A DNA stretch of 49,381 nucleotides from Alphaproteobacteria bacterium (GCA_047518225.1 JAKZRK010000046.1:1-49381), one strand, 5' to 3'. Shown: positions 16,602 through 26,933, numbered from the stretch's first letter. The notes: generated from the letters alone by a model not told the origin. Numbers and translations are program-made.

Positions 16602-19262
16602 CTAAAACCTCGACAGCGCGTCCTGCAATTTCGCCCTTGTCCGTTCCGCTTCCACCAGACGTTCGCGCTGGATTTCGACCACCTCCCGAGGGGCCTTGTC
16701 GGTGAAGCCCTTGTTGGCTAGTTTTTTCGTCATGCCGCCGATCTGGCCGTCCAGTTTATCCACCGCCTTGGCCAGGCGGAGGCGTTCCTGATCCATATCG
16801 ATGACATCGGCCAGGGGCAGGACAAGCGTGGCTTCATCGACCACGGTTTGCACGCTGCCGGGAGGTAAATCGCCGCTCTGTTCGCCGGTTTCGCTGATCC
16901 GCGCCAATGTCGTGATCAATTCCCGTTGCCGTTCGAGCCGCGCCAGGGTCTCCGCACTGGCGCCGCTCAACAACAGGGGGATATGGGCCCCGGGGGGTAC
17001 GTTCATTTCCGAACGGACGGAGCGGATTTCACTGACCAGGCGGATCACCCAATCAATTTCCGCCGCCGCCCGCTCATTAACCAGCTCATCGCCGTAATCC
17101 GGCCAGGGCGCGGTTACCAACATGGTATCCCGCCCACCGGCCGCAACGGACCTGGCCCAAAGCTCCTCCGTCACGAACGGCATGAAGGGATGCAGCAGGC
17201 GCAGAATGGCGTCCAGGGCCCAGGCCGCGGTGGCCCGGGTCTCGTCCTTGGCCCGGCCATCGGGGCCCTGTAACACGGGTTTGGAGAATTCCACATACCA
17301 GTCGCAAAAGGTGCCCCAGACAAAATGATAGGCATCGTTCGCCGCCTCGTTAAAGCGGTAGGCATCCAGGCCGGAGCTGATGCGGTCCTGGGCCATTTTA
17401 AGCTGCCCGATCAGCCATTGGTTGACCGTGCCCGCGACCGTCCCCGGATCGAACGCCGGGTCAAGAACACAGCCGTTGATCTCGCAAAAGCGGGCCGCGT
17501 TCCAAAGCTTGGTGGCGAAATTGCGGCTGCCCTCGATACGCTGTTCCGACAATTTGACGTCGCGCCCCTGGGCCGCCTGGCCGGCCAGGGTGAAACGCAG
17601 GGCATCGGCGCCATATTTCTCGATCAATTCCAGGGGGTCGATAATGTTACCCTTGGATTTGGACATTTTCTGGCCCTTGGCATCGCGTACCAGGGCATGG
17701 ATATAGACCGTGTCGAAGGGCACTTCGCCGGCGAAATGCAGCCCGAACATCATCATCCGCGCGACCCAGAAAAAGATGATGTCAAAGCCGGTGACCAATA
17801 ACGCGGTGGGGTAATAGCGCGCCAACTCCGGCGTTTGTTCCGGCCAGCCCAGGGTGGTCAGGGGCCACAGACCGGAAGAAAACCAGGTATCCAGCACGTC
17901 TTCGTCCCGGCGCAGTTCCCTCTTTTCGCCGTAATGGGCCAGGGCCGCGGCTGCCACCGCCTCGTCGGTCATTTCGACAAAAATTTCCCCATCCGGGCCG
18001 TACCAAGCGGGGATCTGATGGCCCCACCAAAGCTGCCGCGAGATGCACCAGGGCTGGATGTTCTCCATCCAGTCGTAATAGGTTTTCTCCCACATTTTCG
18101 GGACGAATTTGGTCCGCCCCGAACGCACCGCCGCGATCGCCGGCTGGGCCAGGGTTTCGGCGTCCACGTACCATTGCTCGGTCAACCACGGCTCGATCGG
18201 GACATTGCCGCGGTCGCCATAGGGCACCGTGTGGGTATGCTCGTCAATTTGGGCGATCAGCCCCAGGGCCGCCAAATCCGCCAGCACCTTTTCCCGGGCG
18301 GCGAAACGGTCCAGGCCGCGATAGGCCGCGGGCGCGTTGTCGTTGATGCGGGCCTCTTCATCCAGCACATTGATCATTTCCAGGCCGTGCCGGCGGCCAA
18401 CCTCGAAATCATTGAAATCATGGGCCGGCGTCATCTTTACCGCGCCCGAGCCCTGTTCCGGATCGGCATAGTCATCGGCCACGATGATCAGACGCCGGCC
18501 CACCAGGGGCAGGATGGCGTATGTGCCCACCAGATCCTTGTAACGGCCATCGTCGGGGTGCACCGCGATGGCGCTGTCGCCCAGCATGGTTTCAGGCCGG
18601 GTGGTGGCGACGGTGATGAATTTTCCATTCCCATCTTCCAGTGGATAATTGATATGCCACAGATGACCCGCCACTTCCGTCGGCTGCACCTCCAGATCGG
18701 AGATGGCGGTCTTCAGCTTCGGATCCCAATTGACCAGGCGCTTGTCCTTGTAAATTAGGCCTTGTTTGTAGAGATCGACAAAGACCTTGCGCACCGCCCT
18801 GGACAGGCCCTCGTCCATGGTAAAGCGTTCCCGTTGCCAATCGCACGAGGCGCCCAGGCGGCGCAGTTGCCCGGTGATGGTGCCGCCCGATTGATCCTTC
18901 CATTCCCAGACCCGTTCGATAAATTTTTCCCGGCCCAGATCCTGACGCGTCAGCCCCTCTTCCTCCAGCATGCGTTCGACGACCATTTGTGTGGCGATGC
19001 CAGCGTGATCCATGCCCGGTTGCCACAGCACATCGCGCCCGCGCATGCGTTGCAGGCGGATCATGATGTCCTGCAAGGTATTGTTCAGGGCATGGCCCAT
19101 GTGCAGGCTGCCGGTCACGTTCGGCGGCGGGATGACGATGGCATAGGGCTCTGCGTTGCCGGCCTTGCCGGCGGGCGTCCCAGCGGAAAGTGCGCCCGAA
19201 TCTTCCCATTGGCGGTATAGGCGTCCCTCGACTTCCGAGGGAATAAAGGTCTTGTCCAGCAT
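16602..19262 (-). CDS. valS: Valine--tRNA ligase
   Basis: [14 protein letters not shown] (HIGH), [28 protein letters not shown] and KMSKS motifs. ATG at 19262. Confidence 0.98.
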   Translation of the reverse strand: MLDKTFIPSEVEGRLYRQWEDSGALSAGTPAGKAGNAEPYAIVIPPPNVTGSLHMGHALNNTLQDIMIRLQRMRGRDVLWQPGMDHAGIATQMVVERMLEEEGLTRQDLGREKFIERVWEWKDQSGGTITGQLRRLGASCDWQRERFTMDEGLSRAVRKVFVDLYKQGLIYKDKRLVNWDPKLKTAISDLEVQPTEVAGHLWHINYPLEDGNGKFITVATTRPETMLGDSAIAVHPDDGRYKDLVGTYAILPLVGRRLIIVADDYADPEQGSGAVKMTPAHDFNDFEVGRRHGLEMINVLDEEARINDNAPAAYRGLDRFAAREKVLADLAALGLIAQIDEHTHTVPYGDRGNVPIEPWLTEQWYVDAETLAQPAIAAVRSGRTKFVPKMWEKTYYDWMENIQPWCISRQLWWGHQIPAWYGPDGEIFVEMTDEAVAAAALAHYGEKRELRRDEDVLDTWFSSGLWPLTTLGWPEQTPELARYYPTALLVTGFDIIFFWVARMMMFGLHFAGEVPFDTVYIHALVRDAKGQKMSKSKGNIIDPLELIEKYGADALRFTLAGQAAQGRDVKLSEQRIEGSRNFATKLWNAARFCEINGCVLDPAFDPGTVAGTVNQWLIGQLKMAQDRISSGLDAYRFNEAANDAYHFVWGTFCDWYVEFSKPVLQGPDGRAKDETRATAAWALDAILRLLHPFMPFVTEELWARSVAAGGRDTMLVTAPWPDYGDELVNERAAAEIDWVIRLVSEIRSVRSEMNVPPGAHIPLLLSGASAETLARLERQRELITTLARISETGEQSGDLPPGSVQTVVDEATLVLPLADVIDMDQERLRLAKAVDKLDGQIGGMTKKLANKGFTDKAPREVVEIQRERLVEAERTRAKLQDALSRF

Positions 19263-19395
19263 TGCCGAACCCTTTTTTAAAACAAGCCCCGCATCAACCA
19301 CCCTTGGGATGCCGACACTGTCTTGCAGGTAAATATTTGATGGAAATAATCTTCAGGCCGGCGGTTGGCAGACCCATCAAAGTCAGCCGCTGTAT

Positions 19396-20025
19396 TCAGC
19401 CGTTTTCCGCGCCCCCCACCAGCTTGACGATTTCCTTTTCCACAAGGCGTTCTACCAGCGTCGGCAGATTTTCGTCCAGCCATTCTTTCAACATGGGACG
19501 CAACAGATCCTTGACCAATTCTTCCAGGGTCTGATGGGCATATCCCATGGGCATGCCACGGGCCGCCGAGACGGCGCCGGTTAATCCGGAAAATGTTTCG
19601 GTCGTGACATCGGCGGCGTGGTCCGATAGCAACGTGTGCAGATCCGCCGCCGGTGCCGCGGCCGGCTCAGGTGTCGGGGCCGGCGCGGGTTCCGCAGCCT
19701 TGATACTGTCAAAATCATCGACGGGAACCGGGTCTTCCTCATCCTCGGCCGCGTCTTCCATGGAGGGATCGAGTTCCGGTTCCAAATCGGGGACATCGTC
19801 GATGTCCGGGGCGACCTCGGTCAGTTCAAGGACGTCTTCGGCATCCTCGGCGGGCTCGGCATCCTCGGCGGGTTCGGCATCCTCGGCAGCCTCTTCATCG
19901 CCTTCCTCTTCCGCGTCGTCGCCACCCTCTTCTTCGTCGTCAGAGATGATCCGGCGAATGGATGCCAGAATCTCTTCCATCGTCGGTTCCCGATCGTCGT
20001 CTTCGTCTTCCGTGGCATCAGTCAT
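19396..20025 (-). CDS. popZ: Pole-organizing protein PopZ (DUF2497)
   Basis: N-terminal EPTMEEILASIRRII helix, acidic/Pro-rich linker and C-terminal LRPMLKEWLDENLP..VE.LV..EI. Sits between tolC and valS as usual. Confidence 0.9.
   Translation of the reverse strand: MTDATEDEDDDREPTMEEILASIRRIISDDEEEGGDDAEEEGDEEAAEDAEPAEDAEPAEDAEDVLELTEVAPDIDDVPDLEPELDPSMEDAAEDEEDPVPVDDFDSIKAAEPAPAPTPEPAAAPAADLHTLLSDHAADVTTETFSGLTGAVSAARGMPMGYAHQTLEELVKDLLRPMLKEWLDENLPTLVERLVEKEIVKLVGGAENG
19838..19887. repeat. 18-bp in-frame tandem repeat (about 2.8 copies) in the popZ linker
   Basis: tcggcatcctcggcgggc / tcggcatcctcggcgggt / tcggcatcctcggc, encoding AEDAEP repeats. Confidence 0.8.
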
Positions 20026-20146
20026 GGGGCATGGCCCTTGAAGGAAAGTGATTCCTGATCATTGTAAAAGAATCGATTGAAAAAGGCTAATACAGCAATT
20101 GTCTGTACTTAGACATATTTGTTAAGGTGTTATGGTGAAAATAATC

Positions 20147-21568
20147 TTAATCCTTTGGTGGGTTCCAACCCCACCACTTGTTTCGCACCTTTTGATAATG
20201 CCGGTCAGGGTCGTGAAATTGCACGTTTAAGCCGATATGGCGCGCGGTCAGCCGGCCAATCGCCGACAAGAGAAGGTAGCCGGCGACATATTCATCCCGT
20301 TCCGCCACCACCAACGCCACACTGGAATTCAACAATTCCTGTTCCGCATCAAGTACATCCAACGTCGTGCGCGAGCCCACCTCCGCTTCCTGGCGGACCC
20401 CTTCCAGGGCAATATTGTTGGCGCGGATTTCGTCGTTGCGGGCCGAAATTTGTGACCGCGTCGTGGTCAACCTCTCCCAAGCCTGACTGGTGGCTTCGGC
20501 AATATCGCGCCGGCTCCGTTCCACTTCTATACGCCTCTGATTGAGCAATTCCTTGGCCTCGCGGATCCGGGCGTGAACCGCGCCGGCCTGATACAAGGGA
20601 ATTGAAACAGTGGCGTTGATCGAATTGGAACTGCCGGAAACGTTTTCCAACGTCGTCTCGTCGGTGCGCTGCACCTGTCCGGTCAGGTCGATCGTCGGCA
20701 GCAGGTCGGCCTTCGCCACGTTGACCGCGTGGCGGGCCGCGGTCTCGTTATGAAGGGCAAGCGCGATCTCGGGGTTTTCCGCATCGGCGACGGCAAGGGC
20801 TTCGCTTTCCGTCGCCGGAACAATCGGCAACAGCGGCGCGGGCTGCAAAGTACCTGGCAGGACGCCGAAAACCTGACGATAACTGGCCCGTGAGGAGGCC
20901 AAGGCGCCTTCCGCGTCCACCCGGGCGGCGATCACACCCGAAAGACGGGCTTCCGCCTGCGCCACATCCGTGCGGGTCACTTCGCCCACTTCAAAGCGGT
21001 CGCGGGTTGCTTCCAACTGCCGGCGCAGGACCAATTCATTATTTTTCGTCAACTGCACCCTGGCAAAGTCGCGTAAGACATCAATAAACGCGGTCACGCC
21101 ATCCAACAACACGGTCTGTTCCACCACCGCTAATTGCGCCCGGGCCAGCTGAACACTACTTTCCGCCTGTTTTGTCGCGGCCACGGTGCCGCCGCCGGCA
21201 TAGAGCGACTGGCTGATGTCGGCGGAATAGCTGATCGGCATCCGATCCTGCCGGGTCGTCGCCGAGGTGTCGGAGCTTGCAAAACCCGATGAGCCATTGA
21301 GAGAAACCGTGGGGCGCCATCCCGCCAGCGCCTGCGGCACGCTTTCATCCGTGGTCCGTACCGCGGCACGGGCCGCCCTTAGGGTTGGGTTGCCAACATA
21401 AGCGCTTGCCAGGACGTCGAACAGGTCTTCTGCCATGGCGGGCGCGGCCGACAGGATTAACGTCATGCCAATTGCCGGCATCATGGCAGACCACAATGTC
21501 GACCGCCGTTGCGGCGACCAGCGCACCAGCCGGTGGAATTTTCTCATCATCAAACTCTCCGGCCACAT
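20147..21568 (-). CDS. tolC: TolC-family outer membrane protein (start uncertain, probably a downstream Met)
   Basis: Signal-peptide-like region; RFEVGEVTRTDVAQAEARL and VGSRTTLDVLDAEQEL motifs. Confidence 0.92.
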   Translation of the reverse strand: MWPESLMMRKFHRLVRWSPQRRSTLWSAMMPAIGMTLILSAAPAMAEDLFDVLASAYVGNPTLRAARAAVRTTDESVPQALAGWRPTVSLNGSSGFASSDTSATTRQDRMPISYSADISQSLYAGGGTVAATKQAESSVQLARAQLAVVEQTVLLDGVTAFIDVLRDFARVQLTKNNELVLRRQLEATRDRFEVGEVTRTDVAQAEARLSGVIAARVDAEGALASSRASYRQVFGVLPGTLQPAPLLPIVPATESEALAVADAENPEIALALHNETAARHAVNVAKADLLPTIDLTGQVQRTDETTLENVSGSSNSINATVSIPLYQAGAVHARIREAKELLNQRRIEVERSRRDIAEATSQAWERLTTTRSQISARNDEIRANNIALEGVRQEAEVGSRTTLDVLDAEQELLNSSVALVVAERDEYVAGYLLLSAIGRLTARHIGLNVQFHDPDRHYQKVRNKWWGWNPPKD

Positions 21569-21624
21569 CCGCGGCCGCCCTTATTTGCGCCTAAACCAAT
21601 CGGCGATTATATCGTTTCGCAAGG

Positions 21625-22278
21625 TCAAAATTGAAATGCTTCCGCCATCTGAAAACCAGGCAATACGGGGATCATGGCATCATACAGTTCCCGCCGCGAT
21701 ACCAAGCCGCCCCGGTTTGAATACAAAACCGCCCGGCTGACCTGGCCCCGCCGTTCCACGACAACTAACCGGCCGCCTTCGGCCAATTGGCCGACATAAG
21801 CCGTGGGCAATTCCTCTACCGCGCCGTTCACGAAAATCACGTCGTATGGACCTTGATCGCGGCAACCGTCCGTCAACGCGCCAGCCACGACGGCGGCATT
21901 GTCAATGTTCAAAACCGCCAGCTGCGCCTCGGCCACGGCCACGGCCTCTTCATTCGCTTCCAGACCAACGACGGCCGCGGCCAATTGCGCCAGTACCGCC
22001 GTCGAATAACCATTGGCGCAGGCCACATCCAACACCACATCATCGCTGCCAACGGCGGCGGATTGCAGCATCCGGGCGAAGATCATGGGTTCCATCAGAT
22101 AGCGCCCGTTATCAAGGGGAATATCCTCGTCCAGATAGGCCACATCGCGCAAACCCTTGGGGACGAAATTCTCGCGCGGTACCGACAACAATGCCTGGGC
22201 AATGCGGTCGTCGGTCAACTTATTGGTCAGCAACTGATTGTTGACCATATTCAGGCGCGCAGCAGCGTTGTCCTGCAT
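21625..22278 (-). CDS. pcm: Protein-L-isoaspartate O-methyltransferase family protein
   Basis: AARLNMVNNQL, VPRENFVP, VLDVACANGYS, GPYDVIF and QLAEGGRLV motifs. Conserved position upstream of tolC. Confidence 0.85.
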   Translation of the reverse strand: MQDNAAARLNMVNNQLLTNKLTDDRIAQALLSVPRENFVPKGLRDVAYLDEDIPLDNGRYLMEPMIFARMLQSAAVGSDDVVLDVACANGYSTAVLAQLAAAVVGLEANEEAVAVAEAQLAVLNIDNAAVVAGALTDGCRDQGPYDVIFVNGAVEELPTAYVGQLAEGGRLVVVERRGQVSRAVLYSNRGGLVSRRELYDAMIPVLPGFQMAEAFQF

Positions 22279-22488
22279 AATACATCCATAACAAAAGCAG
22301 CGCCGGATTTTTGGCGCGGCCGCTTTCCCGTGAGCAACGGATAATCGTTGCCTGTTGTTATAAGCGGGCCGGTCCGGCAAAACAATGATGGCGTCGCGGA
22401 AACTGCCACGTTGACCGGGCAAACAAAGCGCATTATGAAGCGAGTGGCTCGGCGTCCGATTTGTTACCCAATCGATGTCGGGCCGGCT

Positions 22489-22562
22489 GGCGCGGTGGCG
22501 GAGTGGTTACGCAGCGGCCTGCAAAGCCGTGTACACCGGTTCGATTCCGGTCCGCGCCTCCA
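22489..22562 (+). tRNA. tRNA-Cys (GCA)
   Basis: 74 nt with acceptor stem GGCGCGG/CCGCGCC, anticodon arm gcggc-ctGCAaa-gccgt, T arm with GGTTCGATT and an encoded CCA. Confidence 0.97.
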
Positions 22563-22588
22563 GCCCCGCTTATGGTCTACCCGCCAAT

Positions 22589-22822
22589 TTAACGTCCGCG
22601 TTTGCGGCGCAACCACCAAACTTCCATGCGCTGGCGCCATCTGCGCGCCCTTGGCAGATCATAAGACAGCACCAGCAAGCCTAGGGGAAACATCCAAAAA
22701 CCAACAATGGGGAGAAAACCCAGGATGCCGCCAAGCAAAAGAAGCACGCCCAGGCCAAGCCGTAACCAGCGCGGGTAACGGCGCACCGAATGCTGAATAC
22801 GTTGATAATAATCTTTCGTCAT
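22589..22822 (-). CDS. Small membrane protein (PGPGW-like putative transmembrane family)
   Basis: 77 aa; hydrophobic hairpin RLGLGVLLLLGGILGFLPIVGFWMFPLGLLVLS followed by a basic tail. Confidence 0.7.
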   Translation of the reverse strand: MTKDYYQRIQHSVRRYPRWLRLGLGVLLLLGGILGFLPIVGFWMFPLGLLVLSYDLPRARRWRQRMEVWWLRRKRGR

Positions 22823-22929
22823 GGGCCTGCCTTGCAAAGCGCCCTTTCGCAGTGTCATCGTCCCAGGTGCGCCGCGAACGCACTTACCTATCACGAATCG
22901 CTCCGGCGGGCATTGCCGGAACGGGGCCG

Positions 22930-23040
22930 ATGACCGGCTTCCTGGCCGCCCTGGTATTGGCGGCGGCATTGATGCATGCCTGCCGGAACGCCATTGTCAA
23001 AGTGGGCGGCGTCCAGGTTGACCCGGTCCCCGGCGTCTGA
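22930..23040 (+). pseudogene. 5' stub of an EamA/DMT transporter
   Basis: MTGFLAALVLAAALMHACRNAIVKVGG resembles the L.AA..HA.WN.+VK start of EamA proteins. It ends after 36 codons. Confidence 0.55.
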
Positions 23041-23052
23041 TCTAAAGTTTCC

Positions 23053-24270
23053 ATGACCGCTGCCGCAACATCCCTTGGCCGTGACGTTAAAGTCATGGGC
23101 CTGGTCGGCGCCGCCCATTGGGCGAGCCATTTTTTTCAATTGGTTTTGCCGTCCCTGTTCCTGTTTCTGCATGACGAATTTCAGGTGTCTTTCACCGCCC
23201 TGGGACTGTTGACCGCGCTGCTATACGGCGCCTCCGGCCTGACCCAGACAGTGGCCGGCTTTCTGGTGGACCGGTATGGCGCCCGCCGCATTCTGTTGGC
23301 CGGATTGACCCTGCTGTCACTGGCCACGCTGGCCTTTGGCCTGGTTCAGAGCTATTGGATGCTGCTGCCCCTGTCCATTTTGGCCGGCCTGGGCAATAGT
23401 GTCTTCCACCCGGCCGATCTATCGATCCTGACCTCGAAAGTCAGCGTGCATCGCCTCGGCCGGGGCTATGCCACCCATGCCCTTTGCGGCAATCTGGGCT
23501 GGGCCGCGGCGCCAACCTTGATGATCGCCCTGGCGCAGATTTGGGATTGGCGCGTCGCGATCATTTGTGCCGGTCTGATTGGCCTGTCCATCGTCGCCGC
23601 CTTTTTGATCTGGGGTGCCGATCTGGAAGATCAACCGGCTCCCGCCGCGGCAGCCAACACCGGCCATGTTCCGGTAAGCAAATTGGCCGAGAACATCCGC
23701 CTGTTGTTCTCAACCACCATTATCTCGTGTTTTCTGTACTTTGCCTTTTTGTCGGCGGCCTTGATCGGCATACAGAATTTTGGCATTCCGGCCATGGTGG
23801 ACCTATTCGGGCTCGGCCTGGGCGAGGCCAGCCGCAGCGTGACCGGATTTCTGCTGGGCACGGCGGCGGGCATTTTCATCGGCGGCATCGCGGCCGACCG
23901 CACCCACCGGCACGACCGCATCGCCATCGCGGGCATGACCACGGCGGCCCTGTTCATGCTGTACATCGCGACCAATGATCTAAGCCCCAACTTGCTGCTG
24001 GTCTTGCTGGTGGCCGCTGGCCTGGCATCGGGCACCACCACGCCATCGCGGGACATGCTGGTCCGCGCGGCGACGCCCAAGGGGGCATCGGGCCGGGTCT
24101 TTGGTTTCGTCTATTCCGGCCTCGACCTTGGTTCATCCCTGATCCCCCTGGCCATGGGCTGGGCCTTGGACCAAGGTCATCCCGAGGCCGTGTTTTATAG
24201 CGCCGCCGGCTTCCTCGCGGTGACAACCCTGACCGTGGTGCAAGTGCGCCGCCAGGTCGCCGCGGCCTGA
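23053..24270 (+). CDS. MFS transporter (Fsr-like)
   Basis: About 12 TM segments; motif A (GFLVDRYGARR) and GLGNSVFHPAD. Confidence 0.9.
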   Translation: MTAAATSLGRDVKVMGLVGAAHWASHFFQLVLPSLFLFLHDEFQVSFTALGLLTALLYGASGLTQTVAGFLVDRYGARRILLAGLTLLSLATLAFGLVQSYWMLLPLSILAGLGNSVFHPADLSILTSKVSVHRLGRGYATHALCGNLGWAAAPTLMIALAQIWDWRVAIICAGLIGLSIVAAFLIWGADLEDQPAPAAAANTGHVPVSKLAENIRLLFSTTIISCFLYFAFLSAALIGIQNFGIPAMVDLFGLGLGEASRSVTGFLLGTAAGIFIGGIAADRTHRHDRIAIAGMTTAALFMLYIATNDLSPNLLLVLLVAAGLASGTTTPSRDMLVRAATPKGASGRVFGFVYSGLDLGSSLIPLAMGWALDQGHPEAVFYSAAGFLAVTTLTVVQVRRQVAAA

Positions 24271-24286
24271 TTTATACCAACGGTCA

Positions 24287-25495
24287 TTAGTCACTCATGT
24301 CGCTGCGCGTGACGTGGCAATCCGGGCGCTTGAAAACGCCGGGTTGCAGCCTGGTGCCCAGGCCGGGACCCTCGGGCGGCCTGATCATGCCGTTTTCAAC
24401 GGGCGGCAGCGCGGTGACCAATTCCTGATACCAGCCGTAATAGAATGCCCGCACCATTTCCTGGACCAGGGCATTGGTGGCATTGATGGAATGATGTACC
24501 GAAGCGGTCAGCAGAACCGGGCCGGTGCAATCATGGGGTGCGACGGGGCGGTGCCAGGCCTCGGCCATGGCGGCGATCTTGCGGGCCTCGGACAGGCCGC
24601 CGCACCAGCTCAAATCATACATGACGAAATCGCAGGCCTGTAGTTCCAGCAGCTCACGAAACTCGCCGCGCATGCCGATGGTCTCCGACGCCGTGGTTGG
24701 AATACGGGTTGCGTCCTTGAATTCCTTCAGGCTGCGCAGATTGCTCATCTTGATGGGATCTTCGAACCAGAACGGCTCGAACGGTTCCAAGGCGCGGGCG
24801 ATCTTCTTCGCCTGGGGCAAATCCCAAAAGGCATGCAGCTCGACCATGATGTCCATTTTCGAGCCGACCGCGCCGCGGATTTTGCGGAACGGTTCCAGCG
24901 CCGTATCCAGCTCGGCCGGCGAAATATAGTGCCCGCCGGAGGCCTCCGCCGCGTAATCGAAGGGCCAGATCTTCATGCCCGTGATACCCATGTCCAACAG
25001 GCTTACGGCCAGTTCATCGGCATTATGCAGGAAGCCTTGCAGATCCTCGTACGGCCCTTCCGGCTTATCGCCGGGCAGGTTGAAGCTATCGGTGCTTTGC
25101 TTGACCTGATTGCGGACGTATTGATAGCCGGCGCAAGTGTTATAGACCCGGATTGAATCCCGGCTGGCGCCGCCCAGCAGCTGATAGATCGGTTGATTGG
25201 TGGCCTGGCCCCAGATATCCCACAGGGCGATGTCCACCCCGGAATTGCCGCGTACTTCGGCGCCGGAGCCGGAAAAGCCCACGTAACCGGTCAGCGCCTT
25301 GGAATGATAATCGATGCGCAGCGGGTCCTGGCCCAGCAAATGCTTGGCCGCGAAGCCGTGGATATGCGTCTCGGCCGCGGCGACACCATAGAAAATCTCA
25401 CCCAGACCGATCTGCCCTTCGTCGGTATGCACCTGTACCCAGAGAAGGTTGGGATATTCTTCCAACTGAATGGTCTCGATTGCGGTGATTTTCAT
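24287..25495 (-). CDS. Mandelate racemase/muconate lactonizing enzyme family (enolase superfamily) protein
   Basis: DIALWDIWGQ, MKIWPFD, MVELH, WFEDP, ASET, PHDC and GPGLG motifs. Confidence 0.9.
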   Translation of the reverse strand: MKITAIETIQLEEYPNLLWVQVHTDEGQIGLGEIFYGVAAAETHIHGFAAKHLLGQDPLRIDYHSKALTGYVGFSGSGAEVRGNSGVDIALWDIWGQATNQPIYQLLGGASRDSIRVYNTCAGYQYVRNQVKQSTDSFNLPGDKPEGPYEDLQGFLHNADELAVSLLDMGITGMKIWPFDYAAEASGGHYISPAELDTALEPFRKIRGAVGSKMDIMVELHAFWDLPQAKKIARALEPFEPFWFEDPIKMSNLRSLKEFKDATRIPTTASETIGMRGEFRELLELQACDFVMYDLSWCGGLSEARKIAAMAEAWHRPVAPHDCTGPVLLTASVHHSINATNALVQEMVRAFYYGWYQELVTALPPVENGMIRPPEGPGLGTRLQPGVFKRPDCHVTRSDMSD

Positions 25496-25558
25496 CTTTG
25501 ATCATTCCTCCTACAATGGCGGCCCGATAGCGTTGCGTAACGAAGCCTCTAGGAAATT

Positions 25559-25714
25559 ATGAAGCATATTTTAGGCGGCATTGTCGTTGTTGATTTTAGC
25601 CAGGCCGTCACCGGTCCCGCCCGCACCCGTCTGATGGCGGAATTGAGCGCCGAAGTGATCACGGCTGAACCGGCCGCCGCCGGCGTTCCGGCAGCCCATG
25701 AACGGCTCGCCTAA
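25559..25714 (+). pseudogene. 5' stub of a family III (CaiB/BaiF) CoA-transferase
   Basis: MKHILGGIVVVDFSQAVTGPARTRLMAELSAEVITAEPAAAG matches the L.G+.V+D.....GP.....A.+GA+V+.+E start of this family. Degenerate, and stops at 51 aa. Confidence 0.7.
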
Positions 25715-25763
25715 TGTGGTATCAAATCCGCAAAACCAAATCAAAATTCAATAGGAGACGGCA

Positions 25764-26903
25764 GTGTCCAAATCCCCCTCGCTGAACGCCGAATACATCG
25801 GCCAACCCGGTTCCCGATGGGATCTGCTGACACCGGCGTTGATCCTGGACCTTGATGTCCTGGAAGCCAATATCAAGGCCATGGCGGACTGGGCCAGGCA
25901 GGGCCAATTCGCCCTGCGGCCACATGGTAAATCCCACAAATCGCCCGATATCGCCCGCCGGCAGATCGCCGCCGGCGCGGTGGGTCTTTGCTGCGCCTCG
26001 TTGCGGGAAGCCCAGGTGATGGCGGCCCATGATATTCCCGGTCTGCTGATTACCACGCCCCTGGCTCCCGGCAAGGCGCCTCTGGTGGCGGAGTTGGTTG
26101 GGAATGGCGGCGATGTCGCCGTTGTTGCCGACCACTCTGATCTGGTGGCGGCCTATGGCGCGGCGGCCGCCGCCGCTGGGATGGAACTGGAAGTCTTTGT
26201 CGACCTGGACGTCGGACTTGGCCGCACCGGAACCCCATCGACGCAAGTGGCCATCGAACTGGCGGGCGAGATTACGGCGCATCCGGCCCTGAAATATGGC
26301 GGCGTGCAGGGCTACATGGGGCATTTACAGCATGTGGACGACCACGGCGAGCGGCGGCAACGCCTGGACGGCGATACCAACGATCTGAAAGGTATGGTCG
26401 ATGCATTGATCAAGGCTAATCTGCCGCCCGCCGTCGTCACGGGCGGGGGCACCGGGACCCATCGCATTGATGGGGAATATGGCATGTTCGGCGAATTCCA
26501 AGTCGGCTCCTATCTGTTCATGGATGTGCAATACCTCTCCGTGCAGCAGTCCGCCGACGGGGTGCAGCCCTATGGCACCGCGCTTTTCGTCCAGACCAGC
26601 GTGGTCAACATCAATCATCCCCGCTATGCCGTGACCGATGCGGGCCTGAAATCCTTCGCCACCGATGGCCCCTTTCCCATTATCGCGCGGGGTGCGCCCG
26701 CCGGTGCCTCCTACCGCTATATGGGAGATGAACACGGCGCCATTGATTTCGCCGACGCCGGGGACAGCCTGACCCTGGGCGCCAAGGTGGAGTGTGTGAC
26801 GCCGCACTGCGATCCCAATGTCAACTTGTACAATTGCTATCACGTGGTGCGTGGCGACACACTGGTGGATATCTGGCCGGTGGCGGCACGCGGCAATAGC
26901 TAA
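25764..26903 (+). CDS. DSD1 / D-threonine aldolase-like PLP enzyme (alanine racemase fold III)
   Basis: TPALILD, RPHGKSHK (PLP Lys), GGGTGT, GSYLFMD, DAGLKS, GDEHG and PHCDP motifs. GTG start with AGGAG SD. Confidence 0.9.
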   Translation: MSKSPSLNAEYIGQPGSRWDLLTPALILDLDVLEANIKAMADWARQGQFALRPHGKSHKSPDIARRQIAAGAVGLCCASLREAQVMAAHDIPGLLITTPLAPGKAPLVAELVGNGGDVAVVADHSDLVAAYGAAAAAAGMELEVFVDLDVGLGRTGTPSTQVAIELAGEITAHPALKYGGVQGYMGHLQHVDDHGERRQRLDGDTNDLKGMVDALIKANLPPAVVTGGGTGTHRIDGEYGMFGEFQVGSYLFMDVQYLSVQQSADGVQPYGTALFVQTSVVNINHPRYAVTDAGLKSFATDGPFPIIARGAPAGASYRYMGDEHGAIDFADAGDSLTLGAKVECVTPHCDPNVNLYNCYHVVRGDTLVDIWPVAARGNS

Positions 26904-26933
26904 ATACAGGGCCGAGCTGCAAGGCGCGCCGCC

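Larger units (their letters stand above)
15417..16681. mobile_element. Putative 1.27-kb islet integrated at the valS 3' end (Fic cargo plus replacement valS end)
   Basis: Bounded by the duplicated valS 3' end. No integrase or transposase inside. Confidence 0.7.

Noticed and set aside
20040-20146. CtrA box in the AT-rich region upstream of popZ
   Set aside because: No TTAA-N7-TTAA match found.
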